Source of the DNA: Octopus sinensis
Taxonomy: Eukaryota
Assembly: GCF_006345805.1 (NCBI RefSeq)
Contig: NC_042997.1
Span: 77,128,001-77,192,000, forward strand
Reading direction: 5' to 3'
DNA: 64,000 nucleotides
Numbering within the stretch: the first letter of the stretch is position 1; each line of letters starts with the position of its first letter. Position numbers and translations under genes: made by a program. Shown here piece after piece: positions 25,894 to 38,610 of the stretch. The notes beneath the pieces are model-generated. The model was not told where the DNA came from, did not search any database, and worked only from the letters and a program-made list of their open reading frames with translations.

Positions 25894-26073
25894 TTTGGGT
25901 ACAGGACATCAAAAAGGCATTGAACACAATGAGAAACGTAAACATAAAAACAAAAACATGGAAACGAACTTATTTTCAAACAACGAGAAAACAGAGTACA
26001 AGACATACAACACAAGGAATATTCTCCTTCTTCTGTTGTCCCTGTTTCGTCTACTCTGCGTTTCGAAGGAAGG
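25894..26073 (-). mobile_element. Short element beside a TA-rich tract, truncated inside a hammerhead-like motif
   Basis: The minus strand begins CCTTCCTTC-GAAA-CGCAGAG-TA-GACG and then runs into a T-rich tail ending at the TA-rich tract. Confidence 0.5.
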
Positions 26074-26090
26074 ATAATTATATATGGGAA

Positions 26091-29000
26091 TCAGGTATCT
26101 TCACTGGGGTATACAGTGGCCATGGTATTGGTACCAGAAATGATGAGGGAACTAGACTACTGGAATTCTGTGATGCATCATCATCATCATCGTTTAACGT
26201 CCGTTTTCCATGCTAGCATGGGTTGGACGGTTCGACCAGGGTTCTGGGAAGCCAGAAGGCTGCACCAGGCTCCAGTCTAATCTGGCAATGTTTCTACAGC
26301 TGGATGCCCTTCCTAATGCCAACCACTCCGTGAGTGTAGTGGGTGCTTTTTACGTGCCACCTGCACAGGTGCCAGGCGAGGCTGGCAACAGCCACGGTCG
26401 GATTGGTGTATTTTATGTGCCACTGGCACGGAAGCCAGTCGAGGCGGTGCTGGCATCGGCCACGAGTCGGATAGTGCTTTTTACGTACCACCAGACCAGG
26501 GATCCTGGCTGGTTCAATTCGATTTCGATTTCGCTTGCCCCAACATGTCTTCACAAGCAAAGGGGGTTGGCATGGGTGCCTGTCGTACGGTCGGATTGGA
26601 GTATTTTACGTGCCACCGGCACGGAAGCCAGTTGAAGCGGCGCTGGCATCGGCCACGAGTCGGATAGTGCTTTTTACGTACCACCAGACCAGGGATCCTG
26701 GCTGGTTCAATTCGGTTTCGATTTCGCTTGCCCCAACATGTCTTCGGAAGCAGAGGGGGTTGGCATGGGTGTCTGTCGTCGGATGAGGTTCTATATCGAC
26801 TTCGCTTGCCTCAACAGGTCTTTGTGTCCAAGGGAGGAAAGGCATTCATAAGTGGGCTGGGCTCACTTGTCCTGCCTGGTCTTCTCACATACAGAATATT
26901 TCCAAAGGTCTCGGTCGCTGGTCATTTCCTCAGTGAGGCCTGTAACCTTTTAATCTGCAACACTAACTTCAGGAAGCCAGACTGCCACCTTATAACCTAT
27001 CAGTCAGGAGACTCCACTAGCCAAATAGACTTCATCCTCACCAAACAGCAGGATGCAGGATTGCTCTTAAATACAAAGACCCTCCCAGGTGAAGAATGTA
27101 CCCCTCAGCTTAGGCTAGTCATTAGTGACTTTAGGCTTGAGGGCAGAAGGATACCAAGAAGCAGACCAATCCAGAAAAGAAGGATTTGGAAGCTAAAGAA
27201 CCCTTCACATGGTCAGAGATTTAGGGACATCCTCATCAAGAAATTTGATTAGAGGGAAGAGGAGCTACAGATGTCGGACATAGAAGGTAGCTGGAAATTC
27301 CTACGGGACAGCTTGCTGAGTGCCACAGACCAAGTCTGTGGATGGTGCAAAGTCCCTTCCAGACCTAGAGTTACGTGGTGGGGTAATAGTACAGTAGACA
27401 AAGCCATTAGAGCAAAGAAACAGGCCTGGAAAGCCTAGAGGGATGGGGGTAGCAGGGAACTGTACCAGGTATCCAAAAGGGAGGCTGGGCGGCAGGTATA
27501 CATAGCCAAGGGTGAAGCAGAAAAGAAGAAGTTTGCCAATGTTCGGCGACGTGAGGACCAAAGAACTGAGGTATTTCGGATTGCAAGACAGTGTGTGAGA
27601 GAAAATATTGATGTCACAGGAGAGAAATACATCCGCATGGATGATGGTGCACTTGTTTTCAATGTTTCTGAAAAGAAAAAGGCTTGGAGAAGCCACTATG
27701 AGAGACTGCTGAATGTGGAGAATGAATGGGAGGAGGAGAGCCTGCCAAATGTTGAGCCAGTAGAGGGACCAGCTATCCAAATAGACAGCTCCCTAGTAGT
27801 TAAGGCAATTAAGGGTATGAAACCAGGAAAAGCCCCTGGCCCATCAGGAATCACTGCTGAGATGCTTAAAACATCTGGTTCTGTGGCCTATAGCCTAGTC
27901 AGCTGCATTGTAAACCAGGTAGTTCATAATGGAGTCATACCCAATGACTGGCGTAGCAGCACCATAGTCAACTGCTACAAGGGCAAAGGTGATGCTCTAG
28001 ATAGAAATAACTACAGGGGTATTAAACTGTTGGATCAGGTGATGAAGGTCACAGAGAAGGTCATAGCTCATCTCATTAGGGAGAGAATTTGCTTAGATGA
28101 GATGCAGTTCGGTTTTGTGCTGGGTAGAAGCACCACTGATGCCATATTCCTGGTACGACAACTGCAGGAGAAATACCTAGCTAAAGATAAACCCCTCTAC
28201 ATAGCTTTCATGGACTTTGACAGGGTCCCCCGATCCCTTATCTGGTGGTCGATGCAGAAACTCGAGATTGACGAATGGTTAATAAGGGCTGTACAGGCCC
28301 TATACAGATAGGCTGTCAGCAAGGTTAGGATTGGCAATGAGTATAGTGAAGAATTCCGGGTAGAAGTAGGTGTCCACCAAGGCTCAGCCCTCAGTCCCCT
28401 TTTATTCATCATAGTCCTCCAGGCAATAACAGAGGAATTCAAAATAGCAGAATCACTACCGAAACTAGAAAAGAAATTTTGGGTGTGGAAGCAAGGTTTA
28501 GAATCAAAAGGCCTAAGAGTAAATGTAGCAAAGACAAAAGTTATAGTAAGCAGAAAGGTGAACTCATCACACAACCCCTCGGGCAGGTGGCCCTGCTCGA
28601 ACTGTAGGAAAGGTGTAGGTAGAAACTCCATAAGATGTACCCAGTGTAAGCTATGGACACATAAGATGTGCAGCAACATCAAAGGAAAATTAACTGATAA
28701 GATAGCTTTCATGTGCGGCAGATGCACAGGGGCAATAGACACCATAGATACTCAGAAAACAGATTCTATCACACTCCAGGGGGAGAAACTAGAAGTAGTT
28801 GATAGTTCCTGCTACCTAGGTGACCAAGTTAGTAGTGGAGGTGGATGCTCAGAGAGTGTCACCACTAGAATACGAATAGCCTGGGCAAAGTTTAGAAAGC
28901 TCCTACCCCTACTGGTGACAAAGGGTCTCTCACTCAGAGTGAAAGGTAGATTGTATGAAGCATGTGTGCGAACTGCCATGGTTCACGGTAGTGAAACATG

Positions 29001-29793
29001 GGCTGTGACTGCAGAGGACATACATAGACTTGAAAGAAATGAAGCTAACATGATCCACTGGATGTGTAATGTCAGTGTTCACACACGACAGAGTGTAAGC
29101 GCCCTGAGAGAAATGCTGGACATAAGAAGCATCAGATGTGGTGTGCAAGAGAGACGCTTGTGATGGTATGGTCATGTACTGCGGATGGATGAGGAGAGAT
29201 GTGTGAAGAAGTGCCACTCCCAAACAGTTAAAGGTATCAGGGCGAGAGGTAGACCCAGGAAGACATGGGATGAGGTAGTCAAGCATGACCTCCGAGCGTT
29301 GGGCCTCACAGAGGCAATGACGAAGGACTGAGATCTCTGGAGATATGCTGTGACTGCAAAGACCCGGGCTGCTTCCTGTACCAGTTTCGCATAGCCCCAG
29401 CCCATTCAAAGTACCTTGGATTGCAGAACAACCTGCTGTGCTTACTTTGGATTGTAGAGTGGCCTGCTGTGCTTGAGGAGACCTATTGAGTCAAGTACAT
29501 AAACATCGAAATACATATCAAATGGAAATAGTAGTTGTGATACCTGTGCCGGTGGCACGTAAAAAGCACCAACTGATCACGACCGCTGCCAGCTTCCCCT
29601 GGCACCTGTGCCGGTGGCACATTAAAAGCACCCACTACACTCACGGAGTGGTTGGCATTAGGAAGGGCATCCAGCTGTAGAAACACTGCCAGACCAGACT
29701 GGAGCATGGTGCAGCCTCCTGGCTTCCGAGACCCCGGTCGAACCATCCAACCCGTGCTAGCACAGAAAACGGATGTTAAAAGATGATGATGAT
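26091..29793 (+). mobile_element. 5'-truncated RTE-clade LINE (end of APE domain, RT, PHD-like finger, 3' UTR, (GAT)n tail)
   Basis: GHGIGTRNDEGTRLLEFCDA|CNLLICNTNFRKP, KAPGPSGITAEMLK, NYRGIKLLDQVMKV, QFGFVLGRSTTDAIF, GVHQGSALSPLLF, CYLGDQV and WYGHVLRM. Carries stops and frameshifts. Confidence 0.95.
26176..26940 (-). mobile_element. RTE 3'-end fragment nested antisense inside the larger RTE
   Basis: The minus strand starts GLTEEMTSDRDLWKY and ends in (GAT)n. The host RTE reading frame resumes at 26941. Confidence 0.88.
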
Positions 29794-29816
29794 ACATATA
29801 TATATATATATATATA

Positions 29817-29988
29817 CCGGAGTAAACACATAAATGTGAAACAAGGTGGCAAAAAGAGTACTCAAATACCAGTGGTAGAGTAATATGTTACTCTGAGTTT
29901 CCCATTGCCGTTCAAAAACTGTCCGATGAACGGCAACGGGAAACTCAGAGTAACAGGTTTTGTTGAATCTTCTGCTGCTTTAAATAAA

Positions 29989-29989
<1 letters not shown>
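29817..29989 (+). mobile_element. Short fold-back element in (TA)n carrying a near-complete minimal hammerhead-like motif
   Basis: 29-bp inverted arms (29886-29914 and 29927-29955, one mismatch). Motif CTGT-CCGATGA-ACG-GCAA-CGG-GAAA-CTCAGAG-TA-ACAG at 29919-29956, AATAAA at the right end, and (TA)n on both sides. Confidence 0.65.
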
Positions 29990-30039
<50 letters not shown>

Positions 30040-30745
30040 CAAGAAAAAAGCAACAAGAATGGATTAGTTTTTCTGTACAATTGTTTCATATGAAGACCAG
30101 ATTTATTAAAAGCTGCAAATATAGCAGCAAATACAAGTGTCCCGTACTCATCAGCCAAAACACATATGAGTTCTCCAAGCATCCTAGTGGGTAAGGCTAC
30201 ACTCATGAAGTATCGAAGATAGTTCTATAAAAAGCAAATTTAGATTGTAAGCAGATTTCCAAAGTTCTCTAATGATGCACAGTCTTATAACAGGCTTTAA
30301 AAAAGCTTCACAGAAAAGGTGAATCCATCCATAATGTAGGTGCAATTACCGGAGATATGAGGAGATATTTCATACTCACAGACAATGAATCCATCCATGA
30401 TTAATCCATAATAAGGTGGGTATTTTTTCCTGATATATGATAAGATACTTGTCACACCTCTGTTCATTTCACAAAACTGCTATGTTAGAATTATAATGGC
30501 TGAAGGAATTATGTGGAGCATAGAAAAACTGCCCACATAGAGCATTCTGGGATAACTGAGAGGGAAGGGTCGCAGGTACCCACCTACACAGAAAGGTCTC
30601 TTTCTGTGGAGACAGACAGTCTGGCTTAGAATTTGCAGGAATCTAAGATTTATAACGGAGAACATTACTTTTGACCAGTATACAGCTGTTAATTGCCAAT
30701 CCGATGGAGCTAAAGCAGATATAAGAATCTAAAGAGAACAAGGAA

Positions 30746-30865
30746 GGGGTCGATAAATTAAGTACCAGTTACGCACTGGGGTCGATGTAATCGACTTAAT
30801 ACCTATGTCTGTCCTTGTTTGTCCCCTCTGTGTTTAGCCCCTTGTGGGTAATAAAGAAATTGGTA
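30746..30865 (+). mobile_element. Well-preserved 3' part of a MetaSINE-like element
   Basis: ggggtcgataaattaagtaccagttacgcactggggtcgatgtaatcgact, with CpGs retained. Confidence 0.75.
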
Positions 30866-31245
30866 TTTATTTTATTGATTCCATAAGGATAAAAAAGCAA
30901 AGCTGACCTCAGCAAAGTTTGAGCTCAGAACACAAAGAGAAGGAACAAATATCACAAGGCATTTTACTCAACATTCTGCCAGTCTCCTGTTTTTATATAA
31001 TAATAATAATAATAATAATGATGATAATTCTTTCTTTCTGTAGGCACAAGGCCTGAAATTTCTCGGAGTGGGGGGCCAGTCAACTATACAGACCCTAGTA
31101 CTTGATTGGTACTATTTTATTGACCCTGAAAGGATGAAAGGCAAAGTTGACCTCAGCAGAATTTGAGAGCTCAGAATATGTAGACAGATGAAATACCACT
31201 AAGCATTTTATCCAGCATGCTAACAAGTCTGCCTGCTCACCACCT
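30866..31245 (-). mobile_element. Two degenerate MetaSINE-like copies
   Basis: Recurrent gaaaggatgaaaggcaaagttgacc...tttgagctcagaa motif. Confidence 0.7.
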
Positions 31246-31288
31246 TGATGATGATCATCATCATAATAATTATAATAATTATTATTAT

Positions 31289-31851
31289 TGAGTAAGAGAG
31301 CAATGTATGCCATCAAAATAACACTGGGGTACAAATATATGAAGCCCAATATACCTATCATGACTACCTGTCTGATAAGAGTACACCAGGCACATGCTTT
31401 TGCAACCGTATGTGTGCAACGTGGTGACCTTTTATCAAGATGAATAATGCATGACCTTGCTGATGGGGCCCTGTTAGAGTCTTTTTTTTTTTTTCAGCTT
31501 GAGTAACCCATCCTACTCAAAACATCCTTGAATGAGGGTTGTTTAAGGATGATGAACAAACACCCATGTTTCCAGAGCTGAATTATTCAAACACCAAAGA
31601 ATTCCTCTCAACACATGGCTATGATGCTCCCCAACTACATCTGCTCATGATCAGAGATGTACATAATGTCAGCCACTAAGAGACATGCCCAACTGGTTAT
31701 GGTCAAACAACTGACAAGCATATTTGTGGTATTGCGGGGAATATTTGTTTTAGCCCATCTTTTTATATCAAGACAAAACATGCACATGATAACACTTCCA
31801 ATAAGTTAAGATCAGAAGCCATGAGAGCCAGTGCCTGGTGCTGCATCAGGG
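31289..31851 (+). repeat. Unclassified ~550-bp interspersed repeat, copy 1, flanked by (ATT)n
   Basis: Homologous to 35051-35551 (minus) and 55707-56234 (plus). No ORF. Confidence 0.85.
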
Positions 31852-32299
31852 TATTTATTATTATTATTATTATCATTACTTCAAATTTTGGCACAAGACC
31901 AGCAGTTGTTAGCAGTAGGGGGTTAATCTTTGTATTTGACTGATGCTTTATTTTATTGGTCCCGAAAGGATGTTTAACTTGGCAAAATTTGAACCCAGAA
32001 CACAAAGAGCCAGTGGAAATGCTGCTTAACATTTTGCCCAATGCTCTAACTAATCTGCCAGTTCTCCACCTTTATTATAATAACGATGATAAAAATAATA
32101 ACAATCTTCAGTTTGTTAGTCACAATGGCTTGAAGACATAAAAGAATTTGAAACTTTTACTAAAGAATACAAAGAAAGATAATGATAAAGTGGAGTATAA
32201 AAAACACATTCACAAATTACCAATAGTGATGGTAGGAGACATTATATACAATATATGGAAGGACATAGAATGTTAAAAGGATACACACAAGCATAGATC

Positions 32300-32520
32300 A
32301 TTGTCATCATCATTTACTGTCCATGTTCCTTGCTGGCATGGGTGTGGATAGGTTGACAGGATACAATGGGTCCAAGGACTGACTGTTATTGGCATGGTTC
32401 CTACTGCTTTATGCCCTTCCTAATACCAGCCACTTTACAGTGTGTACTGAGTGCATTTCTCATGGCACCAGCATTAGTGAGGTCACTGTGCAGCCTGCAA
32501 GACTACAACCCTGAGTGAGG
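32300..32520 (-). mobile_element. Degenerate RTE-type 3'-UTR fragment
   Basis: catcatcatttactgtccatgttcc...gcccttcctaataccagccact resembles the reverse complement of the RTE tail. Confidence 0.6.
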
Positions 32521-32767
32521 CATTTTTATGCAAGATGACAGGTTAATATATGAGGGAAGTGTTAGAGAAAACAGGTTTCTTGTTGTAGAGGAGCTACATA
32601 GTCATTCCCATTTTAGAATAGAGATAAAATAGTGGTGAGTGTCTGGGTGGGCACTCAAGGTGCAAGGTGATTAGAAGTGAGTGGGGACAGGGAGACCAGG
32701 AGAGTGGATGGGTGGGTAGCAGTTGCAAGAGCATATAGGAGTGGGAGATATGGGTAGAGAGTAAATA

Positions 32768-33593
32768 CAAGGGGATACCCAAAGGGAACCTGAATTTTGC
32801 AATATTATTTTATTCACTTAGTTTTTCATGTTTACACTTTTATCACCTTCAAAGTATTCTCCATTTGAAGCAATGCATTGGTCCAGGCACATTTTCCACT
32901 GGTCAACGCAATCCTGGAACTTTTGCGAAGTGATGCTTTTTAACATCTCCATCATTTTTTCTTCACCTCTTCTACATCTGCAAATTCATTAGCACCAGCT
33001 TTTGTCACCAGTGATGACCTTGAAAAGAAGGTCTGTATCAACTTCCAGTTGTTCTTTCAGTTCAGGACACACAATTAGTCATGACTGCTTTTGATCTTCC
33101 ATAAGCAAACGAGACGCAAATTTTGCTGCAACTCTTTTCATTCACAATTCTTCACTCAAAATTCATTAGCAGGAGCTCCAGCACACACCAGTCATATCAA
33201 GTTTGTCAGTTGTTCAGTGACGGTCTTCCATGTTCAGTTCAGAAATTTCAAGATGTTTTCACTCATTTGAGAGGTCAAAGTTGGTCTTCAAGCAACACGT
33301 GACCATTCCTAAAGCATGAAAATCACTTGTAAACTTGGGTTTTGCTCATGGCAGCATTGTTGTAAACTGTTTGAAGCTTGACGGCCGTTTCAGCCACTGT
33401 TTTCCCCAACAGAAAACAGAATTTCATGGAAGCACTGCAAACACACTACATGACAGTACGACTATACTTAACAATGCCAGCTGGCAGACTGGTGCCTGAG
33501 GGTTGTATCAAGTAACTTCTAGGGGTGGAAACCTGAACTACAATGGGCTTGTTCCACACAGAACATTTCCAGTTAGTTTTGGTTACCTCCTCA
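32768..33593 (-). mobile_element. Internally deleted mariner element
   Basis: Minus strand N-terminus MKFCFLLGKTVAETAVKLQTVY and C-terminus FQDCVDQWKMCLDQCIASNGEYFEGD. Degenerate TIRs flanked by TA. Confidence 0.8.
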
Positions 33594-34029
33594 TAATGAA
33601 AGAAAAAGAGATGCAGGGAATAGTGGATAAGGGGTGAGGGAAGTCAGTGATGAATGGGGGAGGTGAATAGCAGCAGAAAAGTAATATTGATATAGTAGTC
33701 AAGTCATGGTAAAAGTGAGAGAGAGATGTTGTGTTTGGATTGGTCGGGAGGGAGGCAAGAGATAAACATGGTGCATGGGAGGGTGAGAAACATACATGGT
33801 GGTGGAAAAACAGGGATAATTTGGTAACTCAGGAATGATCAATGTAAAATGTGGGTGGAGAGCAGAGTATAAGGATGTAGGATGGATGTCAAGTAAAACA
33901 GTTCCAGGCAGTGGTTAGTGGTATCAAGAGAGATGATGGATGAAGGATGTTTTCTTGAGGAAGAAATTGGGTGGGGGGACCAATTGGGTACACACACACA
34001 CATACATTGTGTTTTAGAACTTAGTTTTG

Positions 34030-34280
34030 CTATTTCAGGTATGTCTTCTCGAGAACTGCATATCTCTTGATCGTTGTCGTTCCTGTGAGGTTCTTGGTCC
34101 TGAGATAAGCCTCCACTACTTTATCCCATATCTTCCTGAGTTTCCCTTTTCTGCAAACTCCATCCACCTTAAGTGATTGGCACTTCTTTATACAGCTGTC
34201 ACTCTCGGTACATGTTACATCTTCATGCTAGTGTAGTCTTTTTTCTTGCACAATACACATAGTCCATCTTATACCCAGTT
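34030..34280 (-). mobile_element. RTE C-terminal fragment
   Basis: Minus strand DSCIKKCQSLKVDGVCRKGKLRKIWDKVVEAYLRTKNL. Confidence 0.75.
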
Positions 34281-34286
34281 TTTCTC

Positions 34287-34746
34287 TTGGCACATTTCTT
34301 CTTCACAGAAGATATCAACCTCAAGTTTTCAAAGAAGTTTATTCATGACTTAAATATGCAGTTTTCTGAGAGATTTTCAGATCTTGACAAAATAGAGAGC
34401 AACATACTTCTGTTCCGGAATCTGTTTGATTGTAACCTTGACGACATGGCAGTCAAACTACTGTTGGAGCTCACTGATTTGCAACCAAATGACTTGTTGA
34501 AAGAGAAGCACAGAGAATTTTATCATTGCCTACCTGAAGAAATTTGCCTTTGGTATGGTATCAGTGTTTGGAACAACTTATGTTTATTAGCAAACATTTT
34601 CAAAAATCAAGTATGTGAGATCATTACATTGAACGAGATTGACTGATGAACATTTGAAAGCAATTCTCTTGGTTGGATGCAGCAATTCCAAAGCATATAA
34701 TGATGATATCTTAAAAGCTAAACACCAGTTTCAAAAATCTCTCTAA
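34287..34746 (+). mobile_element. hAT (Charlie/GTF2IRD2-type) transposase C-terminal relic
   Basis: QFSERFSDLDKIE...LELTDLQPNDLLKEK, then in a shifted frame VFGTTYVY*QTFSKIKYVRSLH*TRLTDEHLKAIL (hAT dimerization motif). Confidence 0.85.
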
Positions 34747-35050
34747 CCTTTTTTTGCTGCTTAGTTTGTGAGATTCAGATATGTGCACACTGGGTGTGAT
34801 ATAACTATCCTATTGCTAATGTCATCTTTGATAACTTTTTGCTAAATAAATATGCTGGTTGTCTTTATTTTTTGTTTATTCACTGTATTGTATTGAACTA
34901 AATGGTTATGTGGCCCATGCTCGTCATGCTCTCAGTTATCTGCCCTGCTGTGAAAAAACTGAGAATAAAAATTTTATCTTTAGTAAACTAACTTTGCCAC
35001 TAATTAATTGATTAACAACAACAACAACAACAATAATAATAATAATAATA

Positions 35051-35551
35051 CCAGGCACTAGCTGTCATGGCTTCTGATCTTAACTGATTGGAAGTGTTAT
35101 CATGTGCATGTTTTGTCTTGGTATAAAAAGATGGGCTACAACAAATATTCTGCTCAATGTCACAGATTTACTTGACAGTTGTTTGACCATAACCAGTTGA
35201 ACATGTCCCTTAGTGGTTGATGATAAATGCATCTCTGATCACTAGCAGAAATAGTGAGGGAGCATCATAATCAGGTGTTGAAAGAAATACTCAGCTCTGG
35301 AAACATGGGTATTTTGTTCATCATCCTTAAACAACCCTTATTCTGAGACCTTTTGAGTAGGATGGGCTACTTGACCTGGGCCCCACCTGCAAGGTCATAT
35401 GCTGTTTATCTTGATATGAGATCATTATGTCACACACATATGGTTGTAATGCTTGTGCCTGATGTACCCTTATCAAACAAGTAGCCATAATGTGTATATT
35501 GAGCTTGTATTCCAGTGTCACTTTGATGGAATGCATTGCTCTCTCACTCAA
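35051..35551 (-). repeat. Unclassified ~550-bp interspersed repeat, copy 2
   Basis: Reverse complement of 31289-31851. Confidence 0.85.
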
Positions 35552-36289
35552 TATTAGTAGTAGTAATAATAAAAAAAAACAACAGCAGTGAAGAATAATG
35601 TGGAATTCATTTAACATGTAATCTTATAAAATATATTTTGCAGTTTATTACTGTCTTGTGGAAGCAGATTGCAATTGGTCAACCATATTAATCAACAGTA
35701 AAAAGATTAATACTAGTGCTTGACAATTTACTGTGTACTTTACAGTGTAGACATGCCTGAATAAGTGTAGATGAATCAATGACAACCTGTTGTGTCTGTA
35801 TTTGATAAAGGAATGATTGGAGAGCAAGCAGTATTTCTCTTTATCATAGATATATGAGAACAGTATGCAATTTATTCACTTTTTGATAATATGGAAGCAA
35901 ATAAATGATTTACCACCAGCTTTGTTTTCCTTTTAAGATTGAACCATAGACTTTGTGTGTGTGTGTTCTGTGTGATGTATCCACAAAATAGTTTATGATC
36001 TCCTGTATGTAGTTAACTATAATGAATAGGTAATGTTTCTTTGTAGAATCTGTTTTTTCTTCATAACCAGCATACGACAGGATATATATGTTTCTTTTCT
36101 CAAAGATGTAATAAAATTTCTGAGGTTAAAACTGAGTATATTGTAAGATAGGATGGGTGACTGAGCTGTTGCTTATGAAGCTTAATAGATTCTTATTTCA
36201 GTTGAGTTGTTAAGTTTATATGAGAAACTAGATACAAAGATAGTGGAAGTCTACCAAGAAAGACGATGCAGGCAAACCATTGACGTGGC

Positions 36290-36800
36290 ATCACATACAC
36301 TGCTACATATACACCACAACATACATTACTACAACCAAATACAATCACTACATATACTGCCATACATACTCCACTACTATGTCTGAATTACATTTACACC
36401 ATCTCATACACACAGCTGCACAGAATACTACACATACACTGCTATATATACAACCACCCATTCTACTATGTATGCATCATACATTAACTACACACACTAC
36501 AGTGTACACAAGAACACACACTACAACTATATATACACCACTACACACACACAAGTACACATGTACCACTGTGCATACTACATCATATGACTACAGCTCT
36601 ATACATGCTACTTCACAGAATTATAACGCTATACAATCTATTACACATACACCACTACTACAAATACATTATTACTACATATGCACACACATATATAGTG
36701 GTGGTGTATGACACACTCTACAATACATTCATCACCACTACACATTCTGTTATGGATAATTTGCCTCTGCACACCCAACTCATCTATGACACCAATATAA
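36290..36800. repeat. Degenerate CA/TAC-rich low-complexity tract
   Basis: Recurrent cacactac and tacata variants; explains the spurious T/H/Y-rich ORFs here. Confidence 0.8.
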
Positions 36801-38610
36801 AAGTTACTGATAAATGGAAGTATGCTAAGAAAAATGAAGTATACATATTCTATTAGTATACTTAAAAGACTCTCTCTCTCTCTCTAGCTATCTGTCTATC
36901 TTTCTGTCTCCCCCTCTCCCCCTTTCTCAGTTCAGCTTCTACTTGCTTGCTAAATTGGTCACTTCTTTGTTCCAGTTGTTTAATATGAGTTGTATAGGCA
37001 AGTGTCTACAGTCTTCGGCCACTGTAGTAAACATACTTTTCATTTCTTTCCAATCTTATCAGCCCCTTAATGGCAGAGGAGACCCCTAAATTGGGTAACT
37101 AAGTTAGACAGATTGGCACCTATATACTTAACTTCTTTTAGTATTGCTTTCAATCTCCTCCTGTTACCCACTCTCTCCTCAGCCCTCCATCTTTCATATA
37201 CATACTTTTCTTCCACCATGAGAATTAAAACATGTAATTTTTTTTTTTACTTTGCACTTCTGGGGGTAAGAGTAGGGAATCTATTCTCCTATCCCTATTG
37301 TTAGCATTTATTTGTCTTCATGAATACGTTCTCTTCTGTACTTAGAAGCAGACATGTTTAAAGCAGTTGTACTTGATGAAATCATATACACGCTAATACT
37401 TCTGTGTTTATATTTATCATAGACATACACATAACCACCACTGTCAGCAATAACATATACACATGACATCTCTATTTACAATACACATTGCCAGCAGCAT
37501 CTACTAAATTTAAGGTATATATAATTCTGCACTGAAAAACTTTAAGAGCTTCTTGTAAGTCAAGCCAACATCTTGATCTCATCTCTTGGTTATAACAATG
37601 TCACTGTTCTTAGAATGTTCATGTCCTTGAGAAGGGCATTAACATAACACTCTGATTTTATTTCTAATTTATTACATTGATACAAAAGGGTAAAAGCAAC
37701 TGCTCTGACATTTTAATTAGTTGAAAATTATATTGTGGGCATGAGGCAATAAATGGTTTTGATCTTTGGCAAATTATGTGGACAACTCCATACATGGTTC
37801 AGTCTTATATTTTGAGTTAATAAACACTGATAGTTGTAGCAACTTTGAAGAATGACTGGGGAAAAGTGTTGAAGTTAAGAATACAGTTATATGGAGGAAA
37901 AACAAAAACAATAGCTTCACAATTAATTTTAGTCAAGAAAGGTAAAGGAAATAAATCTGAAATTAAAATCAATTTAAAATTGAAGGGCGGTTTGCAGTGG
38001 TAGTGAGTCTAATTTCCACTATCTATTCTTTCAAGCTGTCTTGCTTATTAGTGTTTATGCTCTCAAACTTGTATAGCTCTCAGTCATTTCAGATCTGGCA
38101 GTATTGGTATTGTTGTGCTTCACTGATGAGGTTTAATGAGTCTAGAATTGTCACTATACTTTCCAAAGACTAACTCCCCATTGCTTGTCCACATTGAATT
38201 TTAATTAATTAATTAATTTAATTTCTGTAATAGTCAACACTGCCTTTCTTGGCCAAAATTAATCATACATGTTTTGCTATTTTCTTTGTAGCTATATCTT
38301 TGTGGAGCACTTAATTATTTTTGTCTTTATGAAGATAGCACCACTGAATAATTTCTCCCTGTCATTTGGTATATTTTGTTGAAAAGAAGTTCATACATGC
38401 AAAATAGCAGATGACTAGGTGGAGCAGTTAAGATTAAGTGCCTATGGAAACTGGATGGTTGCATTAAATTCATGGAAGGAATAAAAAAAACTTATTAGAA
38501 AGAACTTATTGAGTTTTATGAACTTTACGAATAATATAATATAGTCCCAATTAATGACAAAGAACTGAAAGAACTGATAAATCTAAAAAAGAAAAGTGAC
38601 TCACAATATA

